Shown here: positions 48,825 to 62,257 of the stretch, piece by piece
Numbering within the stretch: position 1 is the first letter of the stretch
Layout of the letters: the number at the start of each line of letters is the position of its first letter
DNA from: Tubiluchus corallicola
Taxonomy: Eukaryota > Animalia > Priapulida
Direction of reading: 5' to 3'
NCBI GenBank assembly: GCA_030141605.1
Contig: JAQGDQ010000844.1
Span: forward strand, 24,431-88,430
DNA: 64,000 bases
Notes under the pieces: generated by a model
Told to the model about the DNA's origin: nothing
Database searches by the model: none
The model's input: only the letters and a program-made list of their open reading frames with translations
Position numbers and translations under genes: made by a program

Positions 48825-51800
48825 CGAGATAGCTATAGTTGCAGCAGAGGTGACAACGGTCATCATCATTAAATTAGGATGTGTGAGCTGATATGTCACA
48901 TCACCAAAGCTACTCTAACACGGGGCTTTATGGCCAGATCTATGTTAGAAACTATCACTTCACTTTGCACAAGCCTCACAGTTCAGCAATGTTATGAATA
49001 TCCTTTAATTATTCCGTCCACTTTAGTTTTCACACGTTTGATCATAGTCAAAGTTGATTGAAAGCTTTTGCAAGGTACTTTGCGGACACGACAGGAGAAT
49101 CGCAGAGAAGAGCATACCTATCATCCCCACCTGTCTGTTCTCACGCTTGTCACCTCTTATCATCTAAGTAAAATATAGCGAAATTTGCGAAATCTCTTGC
49201 CACGCGACGCGCGCATGTAGCTACTGATAATATCTGATTACCGTCCAATGTATATTATCGATTACATTGGAAAAGTGTGTAATCACCGAACTGTGGGAGA
49301 TTTTTAGGACATCAGGCTTAACCTGGGGTTGTATTTTTATTGGTTTATATATATATATATAACTAACGTTTGTTGGCTAATATATATGTATATAGTGTCT
49401 CAAACGTCGCTGTGCACTTTGTTTTTAATTTCCTTTTTAAATTTTTCTCCAATCTTAGCAAGAAAGCTGCATTGAATCAAAAGAGGCCTTCGCCAGTTCT
49501 TTTTATTTATTTTTTAACTGGAATCCCCATTGAAATGATGGTGACAGTAACAACATTAGAAATAAAGTTCAAAGTCAGCCTGGCATATATAGTCTTCGAT
49601 TACCAGCTGAACTTCAGGTGAATTTCAGAGCACTTCATAGATCACCCTGCTCTCTCACTACTAACAATGGTGCAGCCTTTCATCACCACTTGTGGGGTGT
49701 GAGAGACTTTCTCAATGCAAGATACCCGACTTGCCATAGGACTGATCTCTAAAACTCTTGAGGTCCCTGAAGAAAGTAGCGAAAATAGCAAAGCCAACTG
49801 GTGCAGTAGTTCTTTTCAGATTTTCGCAATTTTTGACTAAAAGAATTGGCAAAGGTTTTAGTTCATCTGTACCAGTTTTCAAACATCTTGCTTTGTTGGG
49901 TGATAAAATATAGAAAATGTGAAGTATATTTTGACTTATGAGACACCCTGCATGCATATATAACAGAAGATATTTGAAAGACAGATTTATTACTGTTACT
50001 TACTGGGTTAGATATGAAAAGCTAATATATCATTGTGTCAAAGAGAAGCAGTCCTGGGAAAACAAGCGCAATTTGCGCATGGTTAAGCATCTTTTTGCCG
50101 CTTGTATAACACTGCAAAATTAACGTAAATCTGCCACTGGCAGCATTGGTTCGCTCCAAAGGGAAGCAGCCCCGAGAAAGCAAGTGTAATCTTCTGGCAG
50201 GTTGTGTTGCGGGACAGCATGCAGTCACTGAAGATGTTATACTGAAAGCATGTTACGAAGCCGTGGCGTTCATATATAAATTTCAAAATGTAAGGTCTCT
50301 TTTACAGAGCAAAATTTGATGTCAAGGGAATAACGGTACCTTTTGCCGATAACTTCAGAGATTTTATGAGAAACAAGTGCGCCATTTTTCTTAGGGAAAG
50401 TTAACGATGCTTCTACAGCTATTTAAAGAACAAACTTTGATAGATAAACAGGTTAATATGTATGTATAAATTTTCAATGTGCTGTAAAAACAGCTAAAAC
50501 ACATCCATGCTCACAGGTATAGACAAAGTTCATACTAATTGCTTTAAACGCATGCGCACATAGTCGATCAACATTGTTCATTATTAGCGCCATTAAATTT
50601 TTCAGTGAGTTATAATTTGTGACGCAATACCTACACTAATGTTTACTAATTTAGCAGCTTCTACGTAATTAGTAAATGTTACTCACGTACTTAGAGAATG
50701 TAGTAGTCGGAAAAGTCATCAGCTGGACTCGAAACTTTGTCTTGAATGTGCAGAACTGAGATACAACAGCAACACAGCAAAAACAAGTGCTCGATGACCA
50801 CCTAACGCGTACGTAATGGCTGGGTAAATTTACGATACACCCAAGACGAGGTAAAAAGCAGAGTGGTCACAGTGGCCACCTACCAACTTAAGTTAATCAA
50901 CCCCGAACTGCCTGGAAAACTGCCACCGAGTGGCCTGGTTCAGTGTCTCGTCTAAAACTAAAGGATGATTCTTGATAATGAGTTAGGTTCCAATCCTACC
51001 ACAACATGTATTTCTTGCAGGATAAGTTGGTGAGCGCTGGATCCTGTCTTGTACGGTGCCAGTCTTTAAAAAAGTATCTTTCCTCATAACAAGTAGTCCC
51101 TCAGATTTGTCAGCAGGTTTCAGTTTTTGTCTTCCAAGACCCAAGTCCCGAGAATGATGCACATTGTTACAGTGAGTGGTGACCTTAGGCTAAAAGGTCA
51201 AGGTCAACCTAAGTCTCTGCCAGCAAAAATGTCCGTGAAAGGGACTTGCAGGAGGCAACCGAACTTAGGTAACTTATACAGCTGATGTAAGATTCATTTT
51301 AGTAGGGTAATCAAGGTAATATTGAGGAGATGGTTCAACGTCAAAGGTCAGTCATATCTCAAAATTGCATGCTGAGAACCAAACTTTAGCCATGCCAGTT
51401 GGTTAGGCATCGTGAAATTTCGAACGTTAAATTTTGTTACTAACGTTGTTTTTTAAGCTACGTGAGGTAGCGCACCCTTGTTCCAGCACTTAGAAGCCAT
51501 CTAGCGAGGCGTCTACCACTGCAGGACGTCTTCCCAAGCACTGAAGTACTTCCACATGTCAAATAAATCTGACAGCAACAACCAAGCATACCTTACCATA
51601 TTATATTTGTAGATTTTCATGTACATAAATATTGTTCAAAATACTATTAACTTGTACATGTATGCATGTAACGTTGCAAACTTTAAGTAAAATTTACGTT
51701 TTCATATTTCCATATATAACTGATGAATAGATTGCTTGTATGATAATAAATAATTAACGATATATATGTTCTTCTAAATAGAAACATTAAAATGTAATCT

Positions 51801-52381
51801 TATTAAACGTCAAACAGTTTCATATTTATAACAATTAAGGTACTCCCCTACGTAGAAAAAATTGCTGTTACAAATAAGCCTATGTACAGCAAAAAATTAT
51901 TATTTACATATCACAGGCTGAAAATCTAGTAATATATGCATAAATGAATTCGCCATTATGATGTAGTGATTAACAATGACCATGTGTATAAGAAATTTTG
52001 TAAAATCGACATACGCCAGGTTTATTTATGTTTCTTGTTATGGGAAATGGTTTAATATCAAGAGTAAAATAGCATTAACTTCTTACGTACAAAATCATTC
52101 TGTCTTTTGCACTCGGCTTTTCTATTAACATAACAGTATCAAGGTAGCGTAAGATCTGTATTCTGCATAAAAAATGACGACACGTGTACAAATACGAACA
52201 AAGTACAATATCTTACTAATGATATTATGAAGAAAACTAATAATAATAGGCCTAATACTTCTATAGCACCATGTTCGATATAATTGCGTCTTTAAGGCGT
52301 ACGGCAGGGAAAAACAACATATAATCAACCCGCCCGGAGTTTAGTTATTCACTTTTGCATTTTAAATAAATAAAACAACCT

Positions 52382-55300
52382 CTATTCTTCCATGAGAGTA
52401 CTCACTAAGACGGAAGCAAATGTCACTATGTCGTCTCGTGATAGTTTAGTAAGCTTGTGTATCTCTTGAACCGCCTAGAAATCATAAAACAAGATTGTTA
52501 CTTTTCTTCTTCGTACGTCAACGATCTTGCATGCTTTGATCTGGAGAATCGCAAGAACGCAAATCTTGCGGATATATATATATATAGGCAAGGAGACAAG
52601 ACAAGCACGGTGCAGTGAAGGCAACAAAAATCCTACCCATTGTTACATTTGCTTTTGTGCTCTGCTGGTGTCCTGCATACGAAGCCTGGGGTGCGCATGG
52701 ACCTACGAAGCTTCGGTGCTTCTATCTGCAGTTGGATTAGCCAGTAGTGCTGTTAATCCAGTCATAAACGCATTTTCAAGCAGAGGCTGCAGAATGTCCT
52801 ACAAAAAGCTTTTGTTTGAGAAAATATCGACGATGAACAAAGTTGACATGACCAGAAGAAAAACTATCACCAGTGACGACACAAACCACCACCAAAAGAC
52901 AAATCAACACCAGTGAAGACAACACGACACAAACCCACCACCAGAAGACAAACCAACACCAGTGAAAACAAAACGACACAAACCACCACCAGAAGACAAA
53001 CCAACACCAGTGAAGACAACGCGACACAAACCCACCACCAGAAGACAAACCAACACCAGTGAAGACAACACGATACAAACCACCACCACAAGACAAACCA
53101 ACACCAGTGAAAACAAAACGACACAAACCACCACCAGAAGACAAACCAACACCAGTGAAGATAACACGACACAAACCACCACCACAAGACAAACCAACAC
53201 CAGTGAAAACAAAACGACACAAATCACCACCGGAAGACAAACCATCACCAGTGAAAACAAAACGACACAAATCACCACCGGAAGACAAACTAACACCAGT
53301 GAAGACAACATGACACAAATCACCACCAGAAGACAAACCAACACCAGTGAAAGCACAACACAAACCACCAGCAGAAGACAAACCAACACCAGTGAAGACA
53401 ACACAACACAAACCACCACCAGAAAACAAACCAACACCAGTGAAAACACAGCACAAACCACCACCAGAAGACAAACCACCACCAGAAAACAAACCAACAC
53501 CAGTGAAAACACAGCACAAACCTCCGCCAGTGAAGACAACCAGACACAGACCATCACCAGAAGACAACACGACACAAACCACCATCAGAAGACAAACCAA
53601 CACCAGTGAAAACACGTTACAAACCACCACCAGAAGACAAACCAACACCAGTGAAGACAACACAAACCACCAGCAGAAGACAAACCAACACCAGTGAAAA
53701 CACAGCACAAACCACCACCAGAAGACAAACCAACACCAGTGAAAACACGTTACAAACCACCACCAGAAGACAAACCAACACCAGTGAAAACACAGCACAA
53801 ACCACCACCAGAAGACAAACCATCACCAGTGAAAACACAACACAAACCACCAGCAGAAGAGAAACCAACACCAGTGAAAACACGACACAAACCACCACCA
53901 GAAGACAAACCAACACCAGTGAAAACACAGCACAAACCACCACCAGAAGACAAACCAACACCAGTGAAGACAACACAACACAAACCATCACCAGAAGACA
54001 AATCAACACCAGTGAAAACATAACACAAACCACCAGCAGAAGACAAACCAACACCAGTGAAAACACAGCACAAACCACCACCAGAAGACAAACCAACACC
54101 AGTGAAAACACAACACAAACCACCAGCAGAAGACAAACCAACACCAGTGAAAACACAGTGCAAACCACCACCAGAAGACAAACCAAAACCATGTGAAGAC
54201 AACACATCAACACTAGTGAAAACAACACAACACAAACCACCACCAGAAGACAAACCACCGCCAGTGAAAACACAGCACAAACCACCACCAGAAGACAAAC
54301 CAACACCAGTGAAAACACAACACAAACCACCAGCAGAAGACAAACCAACACCAGTGAAAACACAGCGCAAACCACCACCAGAAGACAAACCAAAACCAGT
54401 GAAGACAACACAACACAAACCACCATCAGAAGACAAATCAACACTAGTGAAAACAACACAACACAAACCACCACCAGAAGACAAACCACCGCCAGTGAAG
54501 ACAACCAGACATAGACCATCACCAGAAGACAACACGACACAAACCACCACCAGAAGACAAACCAACACCAGTGAAGACAACACAGCACAAACCACCACCA
54601 GAAGACAAACCAACACCAGCAAAGACAACACAACACAAACCACCACCAGTGAAGACAACCAGACACAGACCATCACCAGAACACAAACCAACACCAGCAA
54701 AGACAAACCACTGGCTTTGACTGGCTTGACAGCTTTGTTGACAAGCTTATTCCAGTTCCAAAAACCTGCGAAAACCTACTTAGACCTAGGTGTTCAGGCT
54801 GTAATTTTTACATGCAATTTAACCTTGAAGGCTTGAATCATTTATACCTGTTAACTCGGGCCTTAATCTGATAAATTTCATCTCACGTCTGTTCAGGTAC
54901 AGGAAGGTTACTTGACGTTTGCGATCATTGAAGCAGGGTCATATAATCGGCCTAACCTCGTTAGGTTAATTTTTTTTAAAGTTAATCAAGTAGTTATTTT
55001 TATCTAACTTTCAAAGTCATAAACTAAAGTAAACCGCGTATTTTATTGATAGCAAAACGGTTTAATCAGCAACTCATAGACGTAAGCATTGTGCATTTCT
55101 TCCTATAATAAACGAAATAAACGAAACTAGACTATATATTTCCACTTATTCACTTGCAATTTCAATCGACAATAATAAAATCTAGAACCAGGCCAATGTT
55201 TCTTCCGCTAACTAGTGTAAAGTTGAGCATTTTTTATAACAGTATTAGATGCCCGGTAATAAGCAGCCGCAGCTAAATATCATAAAAGAACCCGCATGAA

Positions 55301-58300
55301 ATAAGCTCTGCAGGGGTGTGAAAATCTTGCATACTGATTGGGCAGTCAAAGAGAATGATTGACGTTATGCTTGACGTCAATTGTCCTGGTTCAGTTCCAG
55401 TTTGCGAAAGTTTCTTCCATTAATTTGCTCGCATAATTAGAAGACATTTTCCAGAACAAGCAATAGGAGTTTACTGAACTGACTGATGCACGCTGATCAT
55501 TATTTACCTAAATAATGAACCTAACAGAAGTTAGCCTTTATACTTACAAAATCACTTTTAGGTGGGTCCAGTACATAATAAGCAGCAGCTATCACACTAG
55601 AAGCAAGGAAAAGAAAATCTCTTCGCACAGAAGATAGTTGTATTCTATGAAACATAAACATGAAAACCTTGTATGAAATTGTACGAAAAAATCTTTCATA
55701 CCCAAAAATTCGTAGGACAGTTACTATATGTAAAGCCTTGAGCACTGGTCTAGTGATGGAGCTCAGAACTAAGTTACAAAATTAAAAAGTAACTAGATTA
55801 ATTGTTAGTAAATGGTAGTTAATGGGTGGTGTAGCACTAGACCCGGGGAGGATATTCTTCGTGAGGGGCTGGTCACTTCTGTTAGTTCAGAAATTCCTAC
55901 AGAGGACGCACAAGTCTAGCTGAAGAGTCATTGTAGTGATGACTAACAAGAAAAAAGGTGCCTTTCCTTGAATTCCAGGTAGTTTATCTGCATTTAATAG
56001 TGGTAAAAAGTATAAACCCAGTTTTGTGGATGGAGAGTTGCTGAAACTGCATTTTATACACCCCTTTACCAGGGCCGGATTAAGGTGTGTTGGTGCCCTA
56101 ATCACAGCCCGCACCTGGTGTCCGGGGGAGGCCTGGATTAAAGTGTGTTTGTGCCCTAAGCACAGCCAGCACCTGGTGCCTGAGGGCAGGGCCGGATTAA
56201 GATGTGTTTGTGCCCTAATCACAGCCAGCACCTGGCGCCCTGGGGCAGAGCCGGATTAAGGTGTGTTGGTGCCCTAAGCATAGGCAGCACCTGGTGCCCT
56301 GCTCTCTTCGCGGCTCAAAGCATACGAGTATATTAATAGTAATATAATGTATATTATATTATACTTAAAGTGGGGTGTGTACGAGAAATTAATGCACATG
56401 TGAGACATGTCAAGCAAATTTTGTTGGTATGCATTTTTCTAAAATCCACCTACCATTTTGCCATCCTATATATTTATAATTTGCTTATATTATAAGAGAA
56501 GTACTCCTCGAATGTTCATTTTTGAGAGAAAGTATTATTAATAGACTCATTTGAAATTTTACGCAGTTATCTTTCCTCATTGGTTAAGTTTTAAAAATGA
56601 TAGTCATTGTTGCCATAGCAACTGATGCTGCGTGTCTTTAAACGCATAAAAACAACAACTTTACGATTTTCTGAATTAACCAGCCGCGATCTTATGATAA
56701 TAATTGATTTGTTATGTTATATATCATTTCCTTATATATAAAACAAACTCCATTGATCTAAAATTATAAGTATAAAATCTATACCATTTAAATTATTTAT
56801 TGACTTTAAAATGAAATTTTAGTTAAATAAATCAGGTACAAAAAAGGTATGATCTCAGCAGCAAAGAAGCAAGACTGAACGGTATTAAACATGACATTAA
56901 AATGACACCAGCGCATGAGCCATTGATCACGAAACTTCCTGATCTAGGACCTTAGCTAATGACTGTGGTTAAAATGCTGTGGTTGTCAACTTGTCATGAC
57001 AATAGGTGAATACATGATGATAAAAGGTGAAGACTCTACTATCGTGCTATGCAATGATATGAAAGACAACCCAGTCAAAGTGCCTCATTTGCCTGTAGGT
57101 CTCTTCCTCATATTTTAAACTGTGAAATGCCTTTATGGTCTCTAACATGGTTTATTAAAATTTTAGCTGTTTTCAGTTTTTTGTGTTCTCAGTTCGAGCC
57201 CTGAGCCTTGGTGCCCTAAGCGCTCATGTGCTTAGTCTGCCTATGGGTTAATACTGCCCTACGTTTTACACGATGGCACCATGACTGACAAACGGATTTC
57301 TACAAATATAATATAAGTACAATAGTTTATGTATGAATACAATGCTATAAAAGAGAGGCTTTTGCTCTTACAATCCTGTGTACTTATAATCCAGAGAAAT
57401 TACCTCTTAATCTTAAAACCAAGACTAATAAATAATAATAAATAAAAAAAGAAAATATCGGAAGGACCCACACAGGTTATTTGCGCGGTTGCGCAGGGGT
57501 CATTTGCAGACATGATTGTTATTTAAAGGACTATGTGGAATGCTCACACATGACCAATACATAATTGTACAGTTTGGCTTAACATAAACTCAGCTTTTAC
57601 TGTGTTTCATCATTTCCCATGTGAAAGCGTGCAAAACTAGCTTAAAATTGAAACATCCCACATTGTGCATGAGCCTATGTCATGATACATGATACTGTAT
57701 CATCGACTTGTAATTGTGCATGAGCCTGTATCATGATAACACGTGTAACTCGACGTGTAACTTTCATCCACCAATGACAAGTGTTTGTGCAAAAATTCAC
57801 CTAACAACGCTGAAACAACATATTGAATGCAAAAACTTAAAGCAAAACCGGACCCAGTCTTAAACTCCATGTCAAAACAATCTACTCTTTAAAATATTGA
57901 AAGAAATCATACTATTTTTTTCAAAAATAACTTACGTGAAACAATTATTATCACACAAACACAATTTCACGTTCGCGCCACTAGTTCTTCGCTGTTACAT
58001 GCATTTCGCCATTTGTTAGTGAGACGGGCACTAGCGCCTGCATTTCGGAAACACATTGCACAAAAATAGGTGATGTACCTCTCAGTTTCAGCTGTGTTAG
58101 TTTATGACGAACTAGACACGTTCGACAGCTCATGCGTGAGCACATCGTTTAATTTGAAATTTGAATTTTTATCTTGAAACTTGACGAGTTTTAGTACAAC
58201 ACAATGAATATCTTAGAGTAGAACTGTACTTTAATTTTCACTTTCGCAAACGCGTGCAACACGCTCGTGGAAGAATTTTGCTGTTGAAAATTGTGTTAGT

Positions 58301-61300
58301 TTGTGATGTCATCAATAGTTGGGCTCGCCCACCGTCAATTAAGTTTTTAATCTATTATCTAATTATCAGAAACGCTTTTCCAGTATTAATTGTGTTAAAA
58401 ATGCATACTTTTTATCGGATTTGAAAATTGGGTAGTATATGAAAAATCATCTTGTCTTCTGTTAAGGAAGTATTCTTACCTGTGCTCTGTCGTTGCGACC
58501 TCTACACCAGTGACCTCTAAGAACACTTTGTTGTAGATGTGACAACGTTTGAGGTAGGTGAGGTCTAAAATCTTTAAGCTTATGCCGTGTATCACTTTTA
58601 TTTCCATCTCAGCATCAGTCTTTCCTGTAAATATATCAAACAGTTTAGAGTTTCATTACAATCTAAGTGCCTATAGTTGTGCATTATGACGCAAGCTGGT
58701 CACGTGGAAACGACAATGGCGAGTGCTGTACTAGGTCACCCAACGAACCACCCAAAATAGTCAGGACTAACAGCACACATCGTCCCCATGGTAACATCGT
58801 CGCACAAACTGTGCGCATGCCCTAACATACTGGAATTCGCCTAAAAGTGAACTTTTCAGTAGATTAAGCCATTATACATTGACATTTAACAAGATCTTAT
58901 AGACAAAGTATCACACGCTCACATCATGCCTCAAAAAACATTTGTTAAAATATGAATTTAGAAGTATGAATAAAGCTTCTTCCACAAAAAATCATTTTCT
59001 ATACTGGTATACTGGGGCTGTGGAAGTGAAGTAAAGCTTCTTTGACAAAAAACACATTTTTAACTGGGGTTCTGGAAATGGACTAAAGCTTCTTCCACAA
59101 AAAAATCACATTTTAAACTGGGTATCTGGAAATGGAATAAAGCTTTTTCCACAAAAATCATATTTTAAACTGGGTATCTGGAAATGGAATAAAGTTTCTT
59201 CCACAAAAATCGTTTTCTATGATGAGATTATGGAAGTAAACTAAAGCTTCTTCCAGTTTCACAAAAAAGTGTGGAGCAAAGGTTCTCCACAAAAATCATT
59301 TTGACACAGAGTTGTGAGGTCACTGTTGCATTGCAAAAACATCAAAAAAGAGAAAGAATTGTGTTTCCTTTATAACTGCTATACATAAGCAATATAACAT
59401 CATCATCCTTACCTAACTTTTCCAAAAGTGTCTCCACATACACCAGCGGTGTGTTCACAGCTATTCTATAGTCAAGAGTTTTCATCACACGTAGTTCTGA
59501 ACATAGAATACCTGAAAGACTGTAATGCAAGCCCAGCTGCTGCAGTATGTGCTTGATCTTCAATGGAGTCAGCACCTGCGTACAAATTTGACTTTTTCTA
59601 CCAAAAACCAATAACTACTATAACTGCTATAGACTTTTGGGGCACTAATTGTGATCAAGTTGGGTTTGAACCACGGACCTTTACACGATATGAGCGCAGC
59701 ACCTTATATACTTGGGGCAGTCAGTCCTCGCTGGTTTCAGCCTTTTTCGGTTAATTCAGTTCTAATCATGCAATAGCTGCCACAAATATCATAACGTGTC
59801 TCATCCTCTTTTTGCGCAATCAATTTTTAAAGAAAACTGATATCATTAGAGTTATACATTGTCATTTTATTACTTCTAAACTTTTTGTACCTTTAAATAG
59901 ATAATGGTTTTGTACTTATGAAAACTTGTAAGTAATCACACTGTTATTCAGAAAATATGTGAATAAAAAGTAATCGATATGCACAAATTACCTTAATTCG
60001 ATAAGCAATTCAAAATAAATTATACTTGTAGTTATCAAATTGTAATAATATTAGCAAATCAGCCAAGTGCAAACACGTTGAATTAGCAGGCCTGCCTACA
60101 TTAGGAATAATAAATTAAATGCCATTATGCAAGTGTATTTCTATGGAAGATGTTCAACACAACCTGCATATACCTTATAATGATGAGAAAGTTTACTAGC
60201 CAGCTGTATACATGACAGCACCCGTAGTGAAACTTGTGAATAAAGCTTTTGCTCAATTCCATCCCATTCTTGTTTCTTATTTTTGCTACTAGATGACACC
60301 ACGTAGTCGTGCAGCTCCTTTAGATGCTTTTGCATAAAACTGAAGTGATTAAATTATGGCAGAATTAGCCAGGAATGTAATTCTAATTTCACTTAGAATA
60401 TCATTTTATACAAAATTTTATTTGTTCTATATACAAACTTTTAATGTTACATTCAATGAAAGTTTTTTTATTGAAACCTAATCTACTATTTAGCTGATAT
60501 GAGGTCACTGAACATAGCCTAGCCAACGCTAACCTAACCTAATCTGATCTAAACAACCAAACTTGTCTTCTTTCAAAATCAAAATCAAGCACCAAATCTG
60601 TAATAGCATGCTTTAACATGACCGGGTTTAACCTGACCTTACTCGATTTAATAGTGACCTGACCTGACTTGATCTGATCTGACCTTACTAGACTTAATAG
60701 TGACCTGACGTGACTTGACCTGATCTGACCTTACTAGATTTAATAGTGACCTGACGTGACTTGACCTGATCTGACCTTACTAGATTTAATAGTGACCTGA
60801 TGTGACTTGACCTGATCTGACATTACTCGATTTAATAGTGACCTGACTTGATCTGATCTGACCTTACTAGACTTAATAGTGACCTGACGTGACTTGACCT
60901 GATCTGACCTTACTAGATTTAATAGTGACCTGACGTGACTTGACCTGATCTGACCTTACTGATTTAATATTGACCTGTTTGCCTGATCTGACTTATCGTT
61001 AATATGACCTGACTTGATCTGATCTGACCTTACTAGACTTAATAGTGACCTGACGTGACTTGACCTGATCTGACCTTACTAGTTTTAGTGACCTTACGTG
61101 ACTTGACCTGATCTGACCTTGCTCGATTTAATATTCACCTGGCCTAACTTGACCTGATCTGACCTTATTCGGCCTAATATTCACCTGACATGACTTGACC
61201 TGATCTGACCTTACCTAATATTTGCCTGACCTCACTTGACCTGATTTGATCTTACTCGACCTAATATTCACCTGGCCAAACTTGACCTGGTCTGACCTTA

Positions 61301-62257
61301 CTTGGCCTAATATTCACCTGACCTGACTTGTGAAGATCTTACCTTACTCGACCTAATATTCACCTGACCTGATATGACCTTACTCAATCTAATATATACT
61401 GACTCACCTGACCTAACTTGCTTTACCCAACCTAATGTACACCAGAGAATGTAATATCCACTACACTTAAAATTCATGCATAGTGGATATTACATTACTT
61501 GTCGAAGATATTACATTATTACTTGACCAAGGCTGACATCACTTAACTCGAACTTATTAACATTTGATCTGTTAATCGATGTGAATTTTTTTTTTCATAT
61601 TAGACCTAGGTTTTGTTTAGACCGAATTTAAGCTAACTTAACCTTTAGAACCTAAACAATCTAATTTAAGTTCATTAGTCTATTTAGCCTAGTAGGTTTA
61701 ACCTCACAAATTTTTACCTTTACACAAAACTGTTTAGCATACCACCCCATGAAAAGCTTAAAGTATTTACTAACCTGGCAAAAAGTTCAATCGCTTGATA
61801 TCGTACTTCTTCGGGCATTTTCAGTTTTTCGCAAAGAAGAAAAATAAACTCTACACTTATCACGTTAATGAAAACGCCCTGAAAAATTTCACGTAATCTT
61901 GCTGAAATGCACACATTTAACGGCTAAAATACAAAATTTTTTTCTTTAAAAAAAAAACAAATTTAGGTGTTACACTGCAAAACGCCTGTCCTGAAAATCG
62001 CATAGTTACATGATAAAAATTGTGATTTATCAACTTTCAAACTGGAACAAAAGATCAGAAAAGAAATACAGAAACTAAACTTTTATGTAAACATCCACAT
62101 TTTCCAACCTCACCTCATTTTCATCGGTTTTGCTGAAAGCTTCTTTATTTTGATCTGCCAGCACCTCAAACCATTCTTGGAGGACATCGTCAGAAAGGGG
62201 AGGATTCTGCGAATTGAAAAGTGGCTCTGGAGGTGTTCCAAAAATCTTGTTCGCCAT
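52382..62257 (-). CDS. CNTD1: Cyclin N-terminal domain-containing protein 1 (COSA-1 orthologue; meiotic crossover maturation), 7 exons, 303 aa
   Basis: Exons 62257-62114, 61878-61775, 60339-60174, 59575-59413, 58624-58480, 55644-55548 and 52474-52382 join in frame. Motifs VEFIFLLC...VRYQAIELF, LRVLSCIQLASKLSHHYK, SELRVMKTLDY...TPLVYVETLLE, DFLFLASSVIAAA. Confidence 0.9.
52491..52870 (+). pseudogene. Frameshifted fragment (TM5 to helix 8) of a class A rhodopsin-like GPCR inside the last CNTD1 intron
   Basis: TM5/ICL3-like ILHALIWRIARTQILRI. After a +1 shift, AVKATKILPIVTFAFVLCWCP (CWxP, 52612-52674). After a shift back, LASSAVNPVINAFSSRGCRMSYKKLL (NPxxY-like motif plus helix 8). Confidence 0.75.
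52870..54710. repeat. About 45-48-bp A/C-rich minisatellite, about 40 copies
   Basis: Unit ccagtgaaaacacagcacaaaccaccaccagaagacaaaccaaca. It produces many overlapping repetitive ORFs on both strands. Confidence 0.96.
56070..57261. mobile_element. hAT-like non-autonomous element whose left end is tandemly repeated four times
   Basis: Left TIR cagggccggattaa (unit of about 59 bp x4, 56070-56300); right end ttaatactgccct; flanks ccctttac / cgttttac (6/8). Confidence 0.7.
57841..58461 (+). mobile_element. Kolobok-like ~620-bp element, full copy next to CNTD1 exon 5
   Basis: ttaa|agcaaaaccgg ... cttgtcttctg|ttaa; colinear with 26246-26864. Confidence 0.85.
58968..59300. repeat. About 52-bp degenerate tandem repeat, about 6 copies
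   Basis: Unit aaagcttcttccacaaaaatcattttaaactgggtatctggaaatggaat. Confidence 0.85.
60630..61435. repeat. 46-bp minisatellite built from TGACC/TGACT pentamers in CNTD1 intron 2
   Basis: Unit gacctgacgtgacttgacctgatctgaccttactagatttaatagt, decaying toward both ends. Confidence 0.92.

Noticed and set aside
52776-54836. Long ORFs in several frames (KPTPVKT, TTTRRQ, VVVCV repeats) as a mucin- or extensin-like gene
   Set aside because: They are open on both strands only because of the repeat composition; frames shift repeatedly; there is no signal peptide or exon structure; and the region is inside a CNTD1 intron.
55390-55507. Possible alternative terminal exon for CNTD1
   Set aside because: It would need a 40-nt intron and does not resemble the CNTD1 C-terminus, which is encoded at 52474-52382.
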